Assembly: GCA_965219625.1 (NCBI GenBank) | Contig: OZ244782.1 | Coordinates: 182,911 to 246,910, forward strand | Reading direction: 5' to 3' | Source: Candidatus Multivoraceae bacterium | GTDB lineage: Bacteria > Acidobacteriota > Thermoanaerobaculia > Multivoradales > Multivoraceae | DNA length: 64,000 nt | Shown here: positions 29,303-39,853 of the stretch, one piece after another | Layout of the letters: the number at the start of each line of letters is the position of its first letter | How positions within the stretch are numbered: the first letter of the stretch is position 1 | Notes under the pieces: generated by a model | What the model was told of the DNA's origin: nothing | The model's input: only the letters and a program-made list of their open reading frames with translations | The model's database searches: none | Translations under genes and position numbers: made by a program

Positions 29303-30561
29303 GCTCCGCAGGATCGTCCTCCCTCCTTGACCGTCCTGGTTGCCGTCAGTTGGTCAAGCAGGCTTCGGGCGGCCCGCTCACTCGCACCGGAGCGCCCCAG
29401 CGTCGGCCGCAGCCGAGACAGTTCCTCTCGCATCCGGTCGATGCGCTCGCGGTCGCCAAGGAGCTCGGCCGCTTGAACGGCGATCCCTCCGGCGCTCGCG
29501 TCCCGCTGCAAGAGCTCCGGAACCACACGGCGCTCCAACACGAGGTTGACCAAGCTGATGAACGGGAGATCGACCAAGCACCTGCCGATCGCGTACGTCA
29601 ACGACGAAACCCGATAGACGACGACCATCGGCGTGCCGAGGAGCCCGACTTCCAGAGTCGCAGTACCCGACGCGCAGAGCGCCAAGTGGGCGCCGGCGAT
29701 CGCCTCGAACCGATCCCTGGTCACGAGCTCGGGCGGTGAGCCAGCCAGAGAGCTGGCCGCCACGAGCCCGGCGACGAGCTGTTCGTCAACGGTCGGCGCC
29801 AGGATGATGCGAGCCGCAAGACGACCGCCGCCGACTCCCGACTGCGCGAGTCGGGCCACGGACTCGAGCATTGAAGGCAGGATCCGCCGGACCTCGCCGT
29901 TGCGTGAACCTGGAAGCAGCGCGAACATCGGTCGCTCAGGTTGCCGCGACTCCCCTTCCCAGACGGACTCGATCCGCGGTACGTCGTCGACCAGGGGATG
30001 GCCCACATGCTCGACCTCGAGCTGTCGCCCCCGGTAGACCTCGACCTCGAACGGAAAGAGCACGAGCATGCGGTCGACGAGCCTGGCAATCGTCCGCACC
30101 CGCCGGCGTCGCCAAGCCCAGACCTGCGGCGACACGTAGTAGAGCACCGGTACGCCCAACCGCTTCAGCCGACGCGCGAGCCGCAGGTTGAAGTCCGGGA
30201 AGTCGACGAGCACGGCAAGCGCGGGGCCTCGTGCCTCGGCCGCATCCAGCAGGCGACGGAAAACGCGCCGAATTCTCGGCAAATGGCGAAACACCTCGAC
30301 AATGCCGACGACCGTCACTTCCTCGCTGCGCGCCACCCGGTCGAGGCCCGCGGCAGCCATCGCCTGACCACCCAGGCCGAAGAACCGAATCGGCGTCGCC
30401 CCCTCCCGAAGCGACTGCACAGCCCTCATCAGACTGGCAGCGTGGTGGTCTCCGGAAGCTTCCCCCGCCGAGATGAGTACGGCCGGGCCGGGCGCGCCGC
30501 CGTCGACGCCCGTCAGGGGATGGGTACCGGTGGTGAGGACGGGAACGCGTACATCAGCCAC
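29299..30561 (-). CDS. lpxB: Lipid-A-disaccharide synthase
   Basis: VLISAGEASGDHHAA is the LpxB N-terminal motif. The only canonical start upstream of it and close by is the GTG at 30561. The track ORF extension to 31047 is Arg-rich and overlaps two membrane-protein ORFs. The start site is uncertain. Confidence 0.82.
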
Positions 30562-30710
30562 GCCAGAGCCAGGCCCCCGCCGACCAAGCCACCCATCATC
30601 TGCAGGAAGAGACGCACCCGATCCCTGAGGCGACGTCTCCACAGCACGGCGAAGAACAGGCTGACCTGAAGCCCGTAGATCACCATCAGCGCGAAGTGAC
30701 TCGTCAGCAC
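30513..30710 (-). CDS. Hypothetical small membrane protein (two predicted TM helices)
   Basis: The 65-aa ORF has two hydrophobic stretches separated by RRRLRDR. It overlaps the proposed lpxB start by 49 nt, so either this ORF or the lpxB start call may be wrong. Confidence 0.3.
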   Translation of the reverse strand: MLTSHFALMVIYGLQVSLFFAVLWRRRLRDRVRLFLQMMGGLVGGGLALAWLMYAFPSSPPVPIP

Positions 30711-30716
30711 GTTGCG

Positions 30717-31127
30717 TCAGTCCCTGGCGCCGCCGGCGATGTCCCAGGCGTCGAGAATCGCAAGCAGGTTGAGCAGGCCGGCGGTCAGCAAGAACGCCTT
30801 GCCGTACTCGAAGGTGGAGGAAACGATGTCGCCCTCGTAGCCGCTCAGGCGAGCGACGAAGTACGGGACGCCGGCGCCCATGGAGCTCAAGGTCGCCAGA
30901 CGGCTGAGCGGCTGCTCGGAAACGACGACGTAGAGATGCCCGTGCAGCCAGCAACCGAACAGGAACGAGAACATGACGACGCCGAAGATCGTCGCCGCGC
31001 GTCGGGGCTTCCCGAGCAGGAGATGACCGCTGCCCGGCAGCAGCCAAGCCGCCCCGGCCAGAAGCACGCGGCGCAGACCGCCAACTGACGCGGCGGCGGA
31101 TCCGGAAGGAGGCGAAGTCGTCGTCAT
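30717..31127 (-). CDS. Hypothetical integral membrane protein
   Basis: 136 aa with 3-4 hydrophobic helices (LLAGAAWLLPGSGHLLLGK, IFGVVMFSFLFGCWL, FLLTAGLLNLLAILDAW). I could not assign a family. Confidence 0.55.
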   Translation of the reverse strand: MTTTSPPSGSAAASVGGLRRVLLAGAAWLLPGSGHLLLGKPRRAATIFGVVMFSFLFGCWLHGHLYVVVSEQPLSRLATLSSMGAGVPYFVARLSGYEGDIVSSTFEYGKAFLLTAGLLNLLAILDAWDIAGGARD

Positions 31128-31182
31128 GTGGATGCGCCGGGCGCCTGCCTGGCCTGTTCTCTGCCCCGCAGGCCGTACCAGC

Positions 31183-31506
31183 CTACTCGTCCGAGTTCAG
31201 GAGCTCCTTGAGCTCCTTGCCCGGCTTGAAGTAGGGGATCTTCTTCGATGGAACGTCGACGCGGGCCCCGGTCTTCGGGTTGCGGCCGATTCGCGAGCCA
31301 CGTTGACGAATGCGGAAGCTGCCGAAGCCACGAAGTTCGATCCTGTCTCCGTCCTTGAGCGAATCAACGATGCTCTCGAGAACCGTACTCACGATGACTT
31401 CGGCGTCCTTCTTCGTGAGTTCCGTGTTGCGCGCGACTTCCTCGACCAACTGGGCCTTCGTCATCCCCGCCTGATTCGGGGAACGCGTCTCCATCGCATC
31501 CTTCAT
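31183..31506 (-). CDS. ihfB: Integration host factor beta subunit-like DNA-bending protein (HU/IHF family)
   Basis: IELRGFGSFRIRQRGSRIGRNPKTGARVDVPSKKIPYFKPGKELKE closely parallels IHF-beta. The gene lies downstream of rpsA, as in proteobacterial rpsA-ihfB. I chose the ATG at 31506 because AGAGGTG lies 6 nt upstream. Alternative ATGs are at 31494 and 31464. Confidence 0.85.
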   Translation of the reverse strand: MKDAMETRSPNQAGMTKAQLVEEVARNTELTKKDAEVIVSTVLESIVDSLKDGDRIELRGFGSFRIRQRGSRIGRNPKTGARVDVPSKKIPYFKPGKELKELLNSDE

Positions 31507-31578
31507 CTTCGGCACCTCTTGCTTGGCGTCGGCCAGACGATGTTTCCGCAACGAAACGCCGACGCTCAACCCGGAATC

Positions 31579-33519
31579 CTACGATCCGTCGGCCTCCTCC
31601 GCGTCGGTCTCCGCATCGGACTCAGCTCCCGCGTCGGACTCGGCTCCCGCCTCGGACTCGGCTTCAGACGCTGTTTCCTCCGGCTCTTCGCTCGCCGTCG
31701 CGTCCTCGGCCCCACTCTCCGCACTGACCTCCGCATCGGCCCCTGGATCGGGTTCCGCATCGGGCTCCGACGCCGCGGCTTCGGACTCCGCATCGTCCTC
31801 GGCCATCGCTGCCGCCGCCCGAGCCGCCGCCTCGGCCAGCTTGCGCTCCCGCTCGGCAGCCAGCGCATCCGCCTCTTCGTCCGTCAACTCGGTAACGCCC
31901 CGGAGGGTGAGTCCGACCTTCTTCTCCTCGTCTTCGATCCGCAGGATGCGAGCCCGGACGAACTCACCGATCGTGTAGTGGTCCTCGAGCTTCCCGCCGG
32001 GAATGTCCACTTCGCTGACGTGGGCCAGACCCTCCAGGCCCTCGTAGACGTCGATGAACAGCCCGAAGTCCGTTACGTTGACGACTCGACCGGTGATGTC
32101 GTCACCGACCCGGTGGTCGTCCATGAAGTCCTGCCACTCATTGGGAAGGAAGTCCTTGATCGACAGGGATACGCGCTGGCCGGTGACATCGATGTTCGTG
32201 ATCCGAGCGCGCACCGAGTCGCCCTTCGCCAGGACTTCGCTGGGGTGCTTCACCCGCTTCGTCCAGCTCATGTCCGATACGTGGACCAAGCCATCGATCT
32301 CCTCGGTGATCTCGACGAAGGCGCCGAACTCCGTCAGGTTGCGAACCCGCCCTTCGACGATCGTGCCGACGGGGAAACGCACCGCGAGCTCCTCCCACGG
32401 ATTCGACTCCACCTGGCGAAGCGACAGACTGATTCGACGCTGCTGCATGTCGAGTTCGGAGACGATCGCCTCGACTTCCTGACCGATGCTGACAATCTTC
32501 GATGGCGGCTGGACCTTCTTCGTCCAGGACATCTCGCTGACGTGGACCAAGCCCTCGACGCCCTCCTCGAGCTCGACGAAGGCGCCGTAGTCGACCAGGC
32601 TGACGATCCGCCCCCGCACACGAGATCCGAGCGGGTACTTCTTGTCGACCAGGGTCCAAGGATCCTCCGTCGTCTGCTTGAACCCCAGGGACACGCGCTC
32701 GGTCTCCGGGTCGAAGCGGAGGACGACGACCTCCACCTCGTCGCCGACACCGAAGTGCTCGGAGGGGTGGTTCACACGTCCCCACGAGATATCCGTGATG
32801 TGGAGCAGACCGTCGATGCCTCCGAGGTCGACGAACACGCCGTAGTCCGTGATGTTCTTCACCACGCCGGGGAGCCGGACGCCCTCCTTCAACTTCGTCA
32901 GGGTTTCCGCCTTCTTCTTCTCGTACTCCTTCTCGAGCACGGCGCGGCGCGAGAGGACGATGTTGTTCCGCCGCCGGTCGAGGCTGATCACCTTGAACTC
33001 GAGTTCCTCGCCCTTGAACGACTCGAGGTACTTCACCGGCTTGATGTCGACGAGGGAGCCCGGCAGGAAGGCGCGCAGGCCGACATCGACGGTGAGCCCA
33101 CCCTTGATCCGATCGATCACGCGGCCGGTGATCACCTTGCCCTCCTTGAAACTGTTCTCGACTTGCGCCCAGATGCGCATGCGCTCGGCCTTGACCTTCG
33201 AGAGCATCACGTGACCGTCGGCGCCCTCCGTCTGCTCGAGCAGAACTTCGACATCATCGCCCACGCTGACCTGCAACTCGTCGTCGCGGGACGTGAACTC
33301 GTGAATCGGCACGAGGCCTTCGGACTTGTAGCCGACGTCGACGACGACATCGTTCGAGGTGATCGCGACGACCGTTCCCGGCACGATCTCACCCTCGGTC
33401 AGGTGCCGCATGCTGTCGTCGTACATCTCGACGAGCTGATCGTAGGTCAGGCTCTCCCCGTCCGCCGTCTGTGTTTCCGAGGGAAGCGCATCCGCCGTGT
33501 GTTCTTCAGTGGACTCCAT
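31579..33519 (-). CDS. rpsA: 30S ribosomal protein S1 with an acidic low-complexity C-terminal extension
   Basis: The ATG at 33519 (MESTEEH) is preceded by AAGGAAAC. Six S1 domains are present (for example GTVVAITSNDVVVDVGYKSEGLVPIHEF). The tail is rich in Ala, Glu, Ser and Asp. Confidence 0.93.
   Translation of the reverse strand: MESTEEHTADALPSETQTADGESLTYDQLVEMYDDSMRHLTEGEIVPGTVVAITSNDVVVDVGYKSEGLVPIHEFTSRDDELQVSVGDDVEVLLEQTEGADGHVMLSKVKAERMRIWAQVENSFKEGKVITGRVIDRIKGGLTVDVGLRAFLPGSLVDIKPVKYLESFKGEELEFKVISLDRRRNNIVLSRRAVLEKEYEKKKAETLTKLKEGVRLPGVVKNITDYGVFVDLGGIDGLLHITDISWGRVNHPSEHFGVGDEVEVVVLRFDPETERVSLGFKQTTEDPWTLVDKKYPLGSRVRGRIVSLVDYGAFVELEEGVEGLVHVSEMSWTKKVQPPSKIVSIGQEVEAIVSELDMQQRRISLSLRQVESNPWEELAVRFPVGTIVEGRVRNLTEFGAFVEITEEIDGLVHVSDMSWTKRVKHPSEVLAKGDSVRARITNIDVTGQRVSLSIKDFLPNEWQDFMDDHRVGDDITGRVVNVTDFGLFIDVYEGLEGLAHVSEVDIPGGKLEDHYTIGEFVRARILRIEDEEKKVGLTLRGVTELTDEEADALAAERERKLAEAAARAAAAMAEDDAESEAAASEPDAEPDPGADAEVSAESGAEDATASEEPEETASEAESEAGAESDAGAESDAETDAEEADGS
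31613..31666 (-). repeat. Three 18-bp imperfect tandem repeats inside the rpsA 3' end (encoding GAESDA-type units)
   Basis: The units are catcggactcagctcccg, cgtcggactcggctcccg and cctcggactcggcttcag. Confidence 0.7.
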
Positions 33520-33646
33520 GTTTCCTTGTTTCTCGCTCGAGTTGGCTCGCAACCGCGCGGTAGGCGTTTCGAGGTGAATCGGGAAGGCGCACAGGTTCGC
33601 GCCGCCATCCCGCCGATGGGTTGAGGACGCCGAGGTCAGACGAACG

Positions 33647-33675
33647 AGTATAGGGACCGGACCGTCTCGGGTCAA
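33647..33675 (-). promoter_or_regulatory. Near-consensus sigma-70-type promoter for rpsA
   Basis: On the minus strand, TTGACC (33675-33670) is followed by a 17-nt spacer and TATACT (33652-33647). The -35 element overlaps the queG stop codon. The predicted leader to the rpsA ATG is about 120 nt. Confidence 0.5.
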
Positions 33676-34817
33676 CCATCTCGACGTTCTCCGGCCGCGT
33701 CCGATGGCGCCTCGCGAATCACTGATTCCGCGCCACTTACGCCGCCGTCCCGGAAACTGCGAAGCCGCTTCAGCGCCCATCGAACGTGACTTCGAACCAC
33801 CGGGTCCCGGCTTCGACGCGCCCGTTCGAGGGCCGGCGCGTACGCGCTGTCGGCTCGGTTCGCCATGGCGACTGCAGCGTTTCGGCGAAGACCGGACCGC
33901 CCCGCCCGCTTCATCGGACTGCCACGGAAACGTCGACGGTACTCCGCCTCATCGAGCGCGAGCAGAGACCGGAGATCGAGCTCGGCGCGCTCTTCCGGCA
34001 GTCGAAAGGGGGCGCTCCTCTCGTTGTCGGCTGGCAGAGCTCGATGTTCGTTCCAGGGACAGACATCCTGGCAGACGTCGCAGCCGAACACCCAGTCGCC
34101 AACCAGGGGGCGCACGTCGACCGGCAGCCGGCCTCGATGTTCGATCGTCCAGTAGCTGATGCAGCGGTTCGCATCGAGTACGTAGGGCGCCGGCAGCGCG
34201 CCGGTCGGGCAGGCGTCGAGGCATCGCCGACAGTCGCCGCAAAGGTCTTCGGCCAGCGGCTCGGACGGCTCGAGGTCGAGGGTGAGAAACAGCTCGCCGA
34301 GCAGGAACCACGATCCGCCACGCCCGAGCAACTGGGTGTTCTTCGCCACCGCGCCGAGCCCGGCCCGCGCTGCCAGCGCTCGCTCCAGCACTGGCCCGGT
34401 ATCGACGTAGCTCCGCGCCCCGACGCCGGGAAACGCCTTGCGAATCCGCGCAGACAAGGCGTGCAGGCGTTCCTGCATGACCTCGTGGTAATCCGCGCCG
34501 CGGGCGTACCGAGCGACGCGAGGCCAGAGATCGCCGCCGGGCTCCGGTTCCCCGGGCAAGGGGTGGTAGTGGAGGGCGACGCAGAGGGCCGAACGCGCGC
34601 CGTCGAGCAGCAAAGCGGGAGCGAGGCGCCTCCACCACCGGCGGCCGAGCCAACCCATCGACGCGAACAGGCCGCGCTCCCAGCGGCGAAGAAAGGACGC
34701 TCCGACGCGTGGGGCCGCGTCGAGCGGGGCAACGCCGGCGCGGTCGAAGCCCGCCTCGAGCGCCCAGCCGACGAGCAGTTCGGCGCGACTCCGCCGATTC
34801 CGGACCGGCCCGGTCAC
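33672..34817 (-). CDS. queG: tRNA epoxyqueuosine(34) reductase
   Basis: Two 4Fe-4S motifs are present (CGDCRRCLDACPTGAL, CDVCQDVCPWN). CISYWTIEH and C-terminal HEAT-like repeats also match QueG. Confidence 0.9.
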   Translation of the reverse strand: MTGPVRNRRSRAELLVGWALEAGFDRAGVAPLDAAPRVGASFLRRWERGLFASMGWLGRRWWRRLAPALLLDGARSALCVALHYHPLPGEPEPGGDLWPRVARYARGADYHEVMQERLHALSARIRKAFPGVGARSYVDTGPVLERALAARAGLGAVAKNTQLLGRGGSWFLLGELFLTLDLEPSEPLAEDLCGDCRRCLDACPTGALPAPYVLDANRCISYWTIEHRGRLPVDVRPLVGDWVFGCDVCQDVCPWNEHRALPADNERSAPFRLPEERAELDLRSLLALDEAEYRRRFRGSPMKRAGRSGLRRNAAVAMANRADSAYAPALERARRSRDPVVRSHVRWALKRLRSFRDGGVSGAESVIREAPSDAAGERRDG

Positions 34818-35317
34818 TCCGGTACCGCCGGCGCAAGAATCTCGAACCGGGTCGGATAGTCATCATCCGGCCCGGCGGGCACGTCTTCGGCGTGCTCGAT
34901 CCGCCAGCCGTCGAGGTCGGCGATGCTCACCGCGGTGTCCCCATCGACCTCGGCGAGCACGCGGGTCAGGTAGACCCGGTCGGCGAGCCGGAACGCGGCT
35001 TCGAACAACCCGGCGCCGCCGATAACGAACGCCTCCCCCTCCCCGGCCTGGCGCGCGGCGCGAAGCGCCGAATCGAGTGAACCGCGGACGAATGCGCCCC
35101 TTGCCTCGAAACCCTCCGCGCGCGTCAGCACGATGCAGGTCCGCCCCGGCAAGGGCCGACTGCCGATCTCCTCCCAGGTGCGGCGACCCATGATCACGTG
35201 GTGCCCGGTCGTCAGATCGCGAAAACGACGCACATCCGTCCGAAGCCGCCACGGCAAGCGACCGTTCCGACCGATGACGCCGTTCTCCGCCCGGGCCAGA
35301 ATGACCGACCGCCGCAT
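34814..35317 (-). CDS. folA: Dihydrofolate reductase
   Basis: VILARAENGVIGRNGRLPWRLRTDVRRFRDLTTGHHVIMGRRTWEEI matches DHFR. The start overlaps the queG stop by 4 nt. Confidence 0.92.
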   Translation of the reverse strand: MRRSVILARAENGVIGRNGRLPWRLRTDVRRFRDLTTGHHVIMGRRTWEEIGSRPLPGRTCIVLTRAEGFEARGAFVRGSLDSALRAARQAGEGEAFVIGGAGLFEAAFRLADRVYLTRVLAEVDGDTAVSIADLDGWRIEHAEDVPAGPDDDYPTRFEILAPAVPE

Positions 35318-35341
35318 CCGTTGATCCCGGTCCTCGACAGG

Positions 35342-36136
<795 letters not shown>

Positions 36137-36195
36137 CCGCGGGGTCGTCCACGGCAATCAGCGTAGCAAACGACCGACACCGCGCGGCCGCCGGA

Positions 36196-37176
36196 TCAGT
36201 CGCGTTGAAGCAGGAGGAGCAACTTCCCCCGTTGCTCCCGGTCGGCGACGGCGAGGAACTTCCGGCGCAGTCGACGGCGCAGGAGCCGTTGCTCCCAAAC
36301 CGGCCGATGCCGATCGTAGTAGCGAAGCTGCGAGGCGCGATAGGCGCACTCGAGCTCCGGCCGAAGCGTCCGTTCCGCCGGGTGCGCGAGTCGCGCGGGC
36401 CCGGCCGCGGCATCCGAGGTCGAAGCGCCGCGAACATGGACGGCCGACGCCTGTCGAACGAGGGCCTGCCGCCAACCCGCGCGGGTCAGCCGGGCGCCCA
36501 GGTCGGCATCCTCGAAGTAGAGGAAGAACCCCTCGTCGAACCCTCCGACCGCCTCGAAGGCCCGGCGGCGAACGAGCAGACAGGCAGCCGTGAACCAACC
36601 CTGACCGAGAACGGAGGCCAGGAGCCGCGGCAGCCTCGTGTGGTTGCCGGGCGAACTCTCGAAGCGACGGCGCAGCTTCTGGACGATTTCCCCCACGACC
36701 CCTGTCGGCGGAGACCAGCCGATCTGCGGCGCACCATCCGGATAGACGAGAAGAGGCGCCGCCGCTGCCAATCGCGAGTCCGCTTGAAGCACTGACAGGA
36801 GACGCGAGAGCGAGCGGTCACCGATCGCGGCGTCCGGATTCAGGAGCAGGAGAAAGCGGCCCGAGGCCTCCGCCGCGGCCAAGTTGCAGCCAGCGCCGAA
36901 GCCCAGGTTCCGCTTCGATCGGATGAGCCGCAGCGAGAACGTCGGCCGCATCTGTTCGACGCACTCCCGAGCAACTTCCGTCGACCCGTCGTCGGACGCG
37001 TTATCGACGACGATCGCTTCGATCCGCGGTTGTTCCTCGCCCATCGCACTCTCGGCCGGGGATCCTTCGAACGCGCGTGCGAGGGTCGCCACGTTTCCCA
37101 GGCAGCGCCGCAGATCGTCGCCCGTGTTCCGATGGACGATGAGGACACTGACCACGCCCCGGCCGGCGACACTCAC
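36196..37176 (-). CDS. Family 2 glycosyltransferase
   Basis: VSVLIVHRNTGDDLRRCL...VVDNASDDGS and a later DADLG (DxD-like) motif are present. Confidence 0.8.
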   Translation of the reverse strand: MSVAGRGVVSVLIVHRNTGDDLRRCLGNVATLARAFEGSPAESAMGEEQPRIEAIVVDNASDDGSTEVARECVEQMRPTFSLRLIRSKRNLGFGAGCNLAAAEASGRFLLLLNPDAAIGDRSLSRLLSVLQADSRLAAAAPLLVYPDGAPQIGWSPPTGVVGEIVQKLRRRFESSPGNHTRLPRLLASVLGQGWFTAACLLVRRRAFEAVGGFDEGFFLYFEDADLGARLTRAGWRQALVRQASAVHVRGASTSDAAAGPARLAHPAERTLRPELECAYRASQLRYYDRHRPVWEQRLLRRRLRRKFLAVADREQRGKLLLLLQRD

Positions 37177-38375
37177 CGTTCCGGTCTCCGCGCGGCGTCG
37201 AGCACCGTCAGGGCGGCAGCTGCGAAGCTCTCGGCGGTCCGCGTCCAGGTCAGCGTGCGGAGCCGCTCCGGCGCTTCGGCCCTCACCCGCCGCCGGGCGT
37301 CCAGATCGACGACGAGTCGGCGGAGACCCGCCGTCACCGCCCGCCCATCGCTCGCCTCACAGCGAAAGGGGTAGGCGGGCCACAGCTCGTCGAGCGCGGG
37401 AGAATCGCCGATCAACGCCGGAACGCCGGCCGCAAGCGCCTCGAGCGGCGGCAGGCCAAAGCCCTCGTACTCCGACACATAGGCCACGCCCGTCGCGCCG
37501 GCATAGAGCCCCGGCAGCGCCTCGTCGTCCACGTAGTCCATCCGGATCACCCGGTCGGCAACGCCGGATATCCCGATCAGGCGGTTCAAATCAGACGCGC
37601 GGGACGGAGCCGCCGGACCGGCGATGACGAGTTGCAGGTCGGCGGGCAACCCGGGTTCCGCGTGATCCCCGCAGAGACGGGAGAAGGCCCGAATCACCAG
37701 GTCGAGGCGACGCCGCGGCAGCACCGCACCCAGCGCCAGCAGATACGGCGGACGAATGCCGAGCGCCGCCAGCTGTTCCAACGAGCCACCTCCGCCGCGA
37801 AACCGGGCGGACACGCCGAGCGGCGCGACCGCGATGCGCTCCGCGGGAACACCGTAGAGCTGCCTCAGCTCGACCGCCGTCCGCTCGGTGTCGGTGAGTA
37901 CGCGGTCCGCGTTACGCGCCGCGCGGCGGGCGAGCAGACGCCGCCGCCACCGCTCGCGAAACCCGAAGTCCCGCGGCCGGTGCTCGAAGGCCAGGTCGTG
38001 GATCGTCACGAGCGACGGAAGGCGCGGTCCGGTTGGCAGGCTGTAACCCGGCGAGAACAGCAGATCGACCGGATGACGTCGGAGCAGGCGCGGCAGGCGG
38101 ACCTGCTCCCAAAGAACCGGATGAGCGCCGGCACGACCGTCGAATACCGCTTCGCAGCGCATCACGCCGGACGTCTGTTCCGTCCAAAGCGCATGGTCGA
38201 ACCGCTTCCCCTGGAAGAACAGTCGGCATCGCCAGTCTCGTGCCCTGGGCGTTCCCCTGAGCGCAACGAGCAACTCCTCCAGGTAGCGGCCGACTCCCGT
38301 AGGCCTGCCCTCCATTTCGTAGGCGACGACGCCAATCGACCGCTGGCGAATCGCCCTTGACCTCCCCCAGGTCAT
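37173..38375 (-). CDS. Family 4 (GT-B) glycosyltransferase
   Basis: 400 aa with the C-terminal GT1/GT4 motif YVSEYEGFGLPPLEALAAGVPAL. The stop overlaps the downstream GT2 start by 4 nt. Confidence 0.82.
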   Translation of the reverse strand: MTWGRSRAIRQRSIGVVAYEMEGRPTGVGRYLEELLVALRGTPRARDWRCRLFFQGKRFDHALWTEQTSGVMRCEAVFDGRAGAHPVLWEQVRLPRLLRRHPVDLLFSPGYSLPTGPRLPSLVTIHDLAFEHRPRDFGFRERWRRRLLARRAARNADRVLTDTERTAVELRQLYGVPAERIAVAPLGVSARFRGGGGSLEQLAALGIRPPYLLALGAVLPRRRLDLVIRAFSRLCGDHAEPGLPADLQLVIAGPAAPSRASDLNRLIGISGVADRVIRMDYVDDEALPGLYAGATGVAYVSEYEGFGLPPLEALAAGVPALIGDSPALDELWPAYPFRCEASDGRAVTAGLRRLVVDLDARRRVRAEAPERLRTLTWTRTAESFAAAALTVLDAARRPER

Positions 38376-38376
38376 G

Positions 38377-39498
38377 TCAGGCCGGCCGCCCGACGGGCTC
38401 GGACGCCGTCAAACGGGCGTAGATCTCCGTTACCTCCTCGGCCGCCCGGCGCCACGAGAAGCAGGCCGCGCGCTCGAGACCGGCCTCGGAGCAGCGCCTA
38501 CCGAGCGACGGTTGCCGAAGCAGAGCGTCCAGACCGTCTCGGATCGCCCGAACGTCGAACGGGTCGACGCAGATTGCCGCCTCGCCCGCAACCTCGGCGA
38601 GCGACGAACGGTTCGACGTCAGCACCGGCGTGCCGCACGCCATCGCCTCGACGACCGGCAAGCCGAACCCCTCGACCAGGGACGGGTAGGCGACCGCCGA
38701 GGCGAGGTTGTACAGAGCCAGCAGATCTTCCTCGGAGACGACGCCAAGGCGCAGGACGAAGTCCGGCCAGGCGCCCTCGAACACGGCTTCGCGTTTCCAA
38801 CCGCCCCCGCCCACGAGCACCAGGGGAGCCCGGCGCCGCAGACCGCGGTCGAGCCCTTCGTACGCCTCGATCAACCGTGCGACGTTCTTGCGCGGTTCGA
38901 GCGTGCCCACCGACAAGACGTAGGGCGGAGCGAGTCCGAAGCGCTCGCGGACGCGCCGCTCGGCGTTCTCGAGTTCCGCTCCGACGAGCGGAGCAAAGAG
39001 GTCCGACGCCGCCTCGTGAACGACCCGCAACCGCTCGTCCGGCAACACGAACCAGTCGCGCACCTCCGCGGCCGTCGCTTCCGAGACGGCAATCACCGTC
39101 GCGCCGGTCGCGACCGCTCGCAAGGTCGCGAGCAGACACTGGTTGCGATTCTCCGGCACGTGGAACTCAGGATGGGTGAGGAACGTCAGATCGTGGACAG
39201 TGAACACGACCGGTCCGTCGAAGCACGCAGGATCGGCGAAGGTCGGAATGTGGAACAGGTCGAGGTCGCCGCGCCGCGGACGGCGGCCCGGACCGCGCTC
39301 CACCGGGCCCGGGAACCTCTCGAGCAGCCGCTTCCAGGCCCCCGCGTCGGGATCGGCGTGCTCGGCGAAGAGACGAAGACTCGGCACGCCGCCACGCTCC
39401 GCCGAGAGCTCGGCAAGCGCGGCAAGGAGACTCTCCGAGTAGCGGGCGACCCCGTCTCGCGGTCCGAACAGCTTGCTCACGTCGAAGCCGACGCGCAC
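38377..39498 (-). CDS. Family 4 (GT-B) glycosyltransferase
   Basis: 373 aa with the motif YPSLVEGFGLPVVEAMACGTPVL. It ends 1 nt before the next GT4 start. Confidence 0.82.
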   Translation of the reverse strand: MRVGFDVSKLFGPRDGVARYSESLLAALAELSAERGGVPSLRLFAEHADPDAGAWKRLLERFPGPVERGPGRRPRRGDLDLFHIPTFADPACFDGPVVFTVHDLTFLTHPEFHVPENRNQCLLATLRAVATGATVIAVSEATAAEVRDWFVLPDERLRVVHEAASDLFAPLVGAELENAERRVRERFGLAPPYVLSVGTLEPRKNVARLIEAYEGLDRGLRRRAPLVLVGGGGWKREAVFEGAWPDFVLRLGVVSEEDLLALYNLASAVAYPSLVEGFGLPVVEAMACGTPVLTSNRSSLAEVAGEAAICVDPFDVRAIRDGLDALLRQPSLGRRCSEAGLERAACFSWRRAAEEVTEIYARLTASEPVGRPA

Positions 39499-39504
39499 CG
39501 CGGC

Positions 39505-39843
39505 TTACTCCGTCCCGACGGGGTCTGGCGCAGCCGTCTGCCGGCCTGCCTCGACCCGGATTCCGAGCGCAGCCGCCCGCAGCCTGGAGGCAGCGCCCGG
39601 CGCGAGAAGGCCGGCGCCGTCGAGCTGGTCGATCAGGGACGGTATGTCCGGATGAAGCGGATCGACCGGGGCGATCTTGCTCGTCCTTTCGGCCACCGCG
39701 AGCCGCAGTCGATCGTAACCGCGACGTCCCAGCACCCCCCGCGTGGCGAAGCGCAGAGGTCGCGCCGCGCCGGAGCGCGCGAGTCGTCGCAGGCCCTTGG
39801 CGAGTACGCCGACGATGTCACCCTTCCTCAGCCCGCGGATCAT
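39505..39843 (-). CDS. Hypothetical protein
   Basis: The ATG at 39843 gives 112 aa and fits exactly between the flanking genes. I recognised no motif, so the coding status is uncertain. Confidence 0.3.
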   Translation of the reverse strand: MIRGLRKGDIVGVLAKGLRRLARSGAARPLRFATRGVLGRRGYDRLRLAVAERTSKIAPVDPLHPDIPSLIDQLDGAGLLAPGAASRLRAAALGIRVEAGRQTAAPDPVGTE

Positions 39844-39853
39844 CGTGGGGAGG

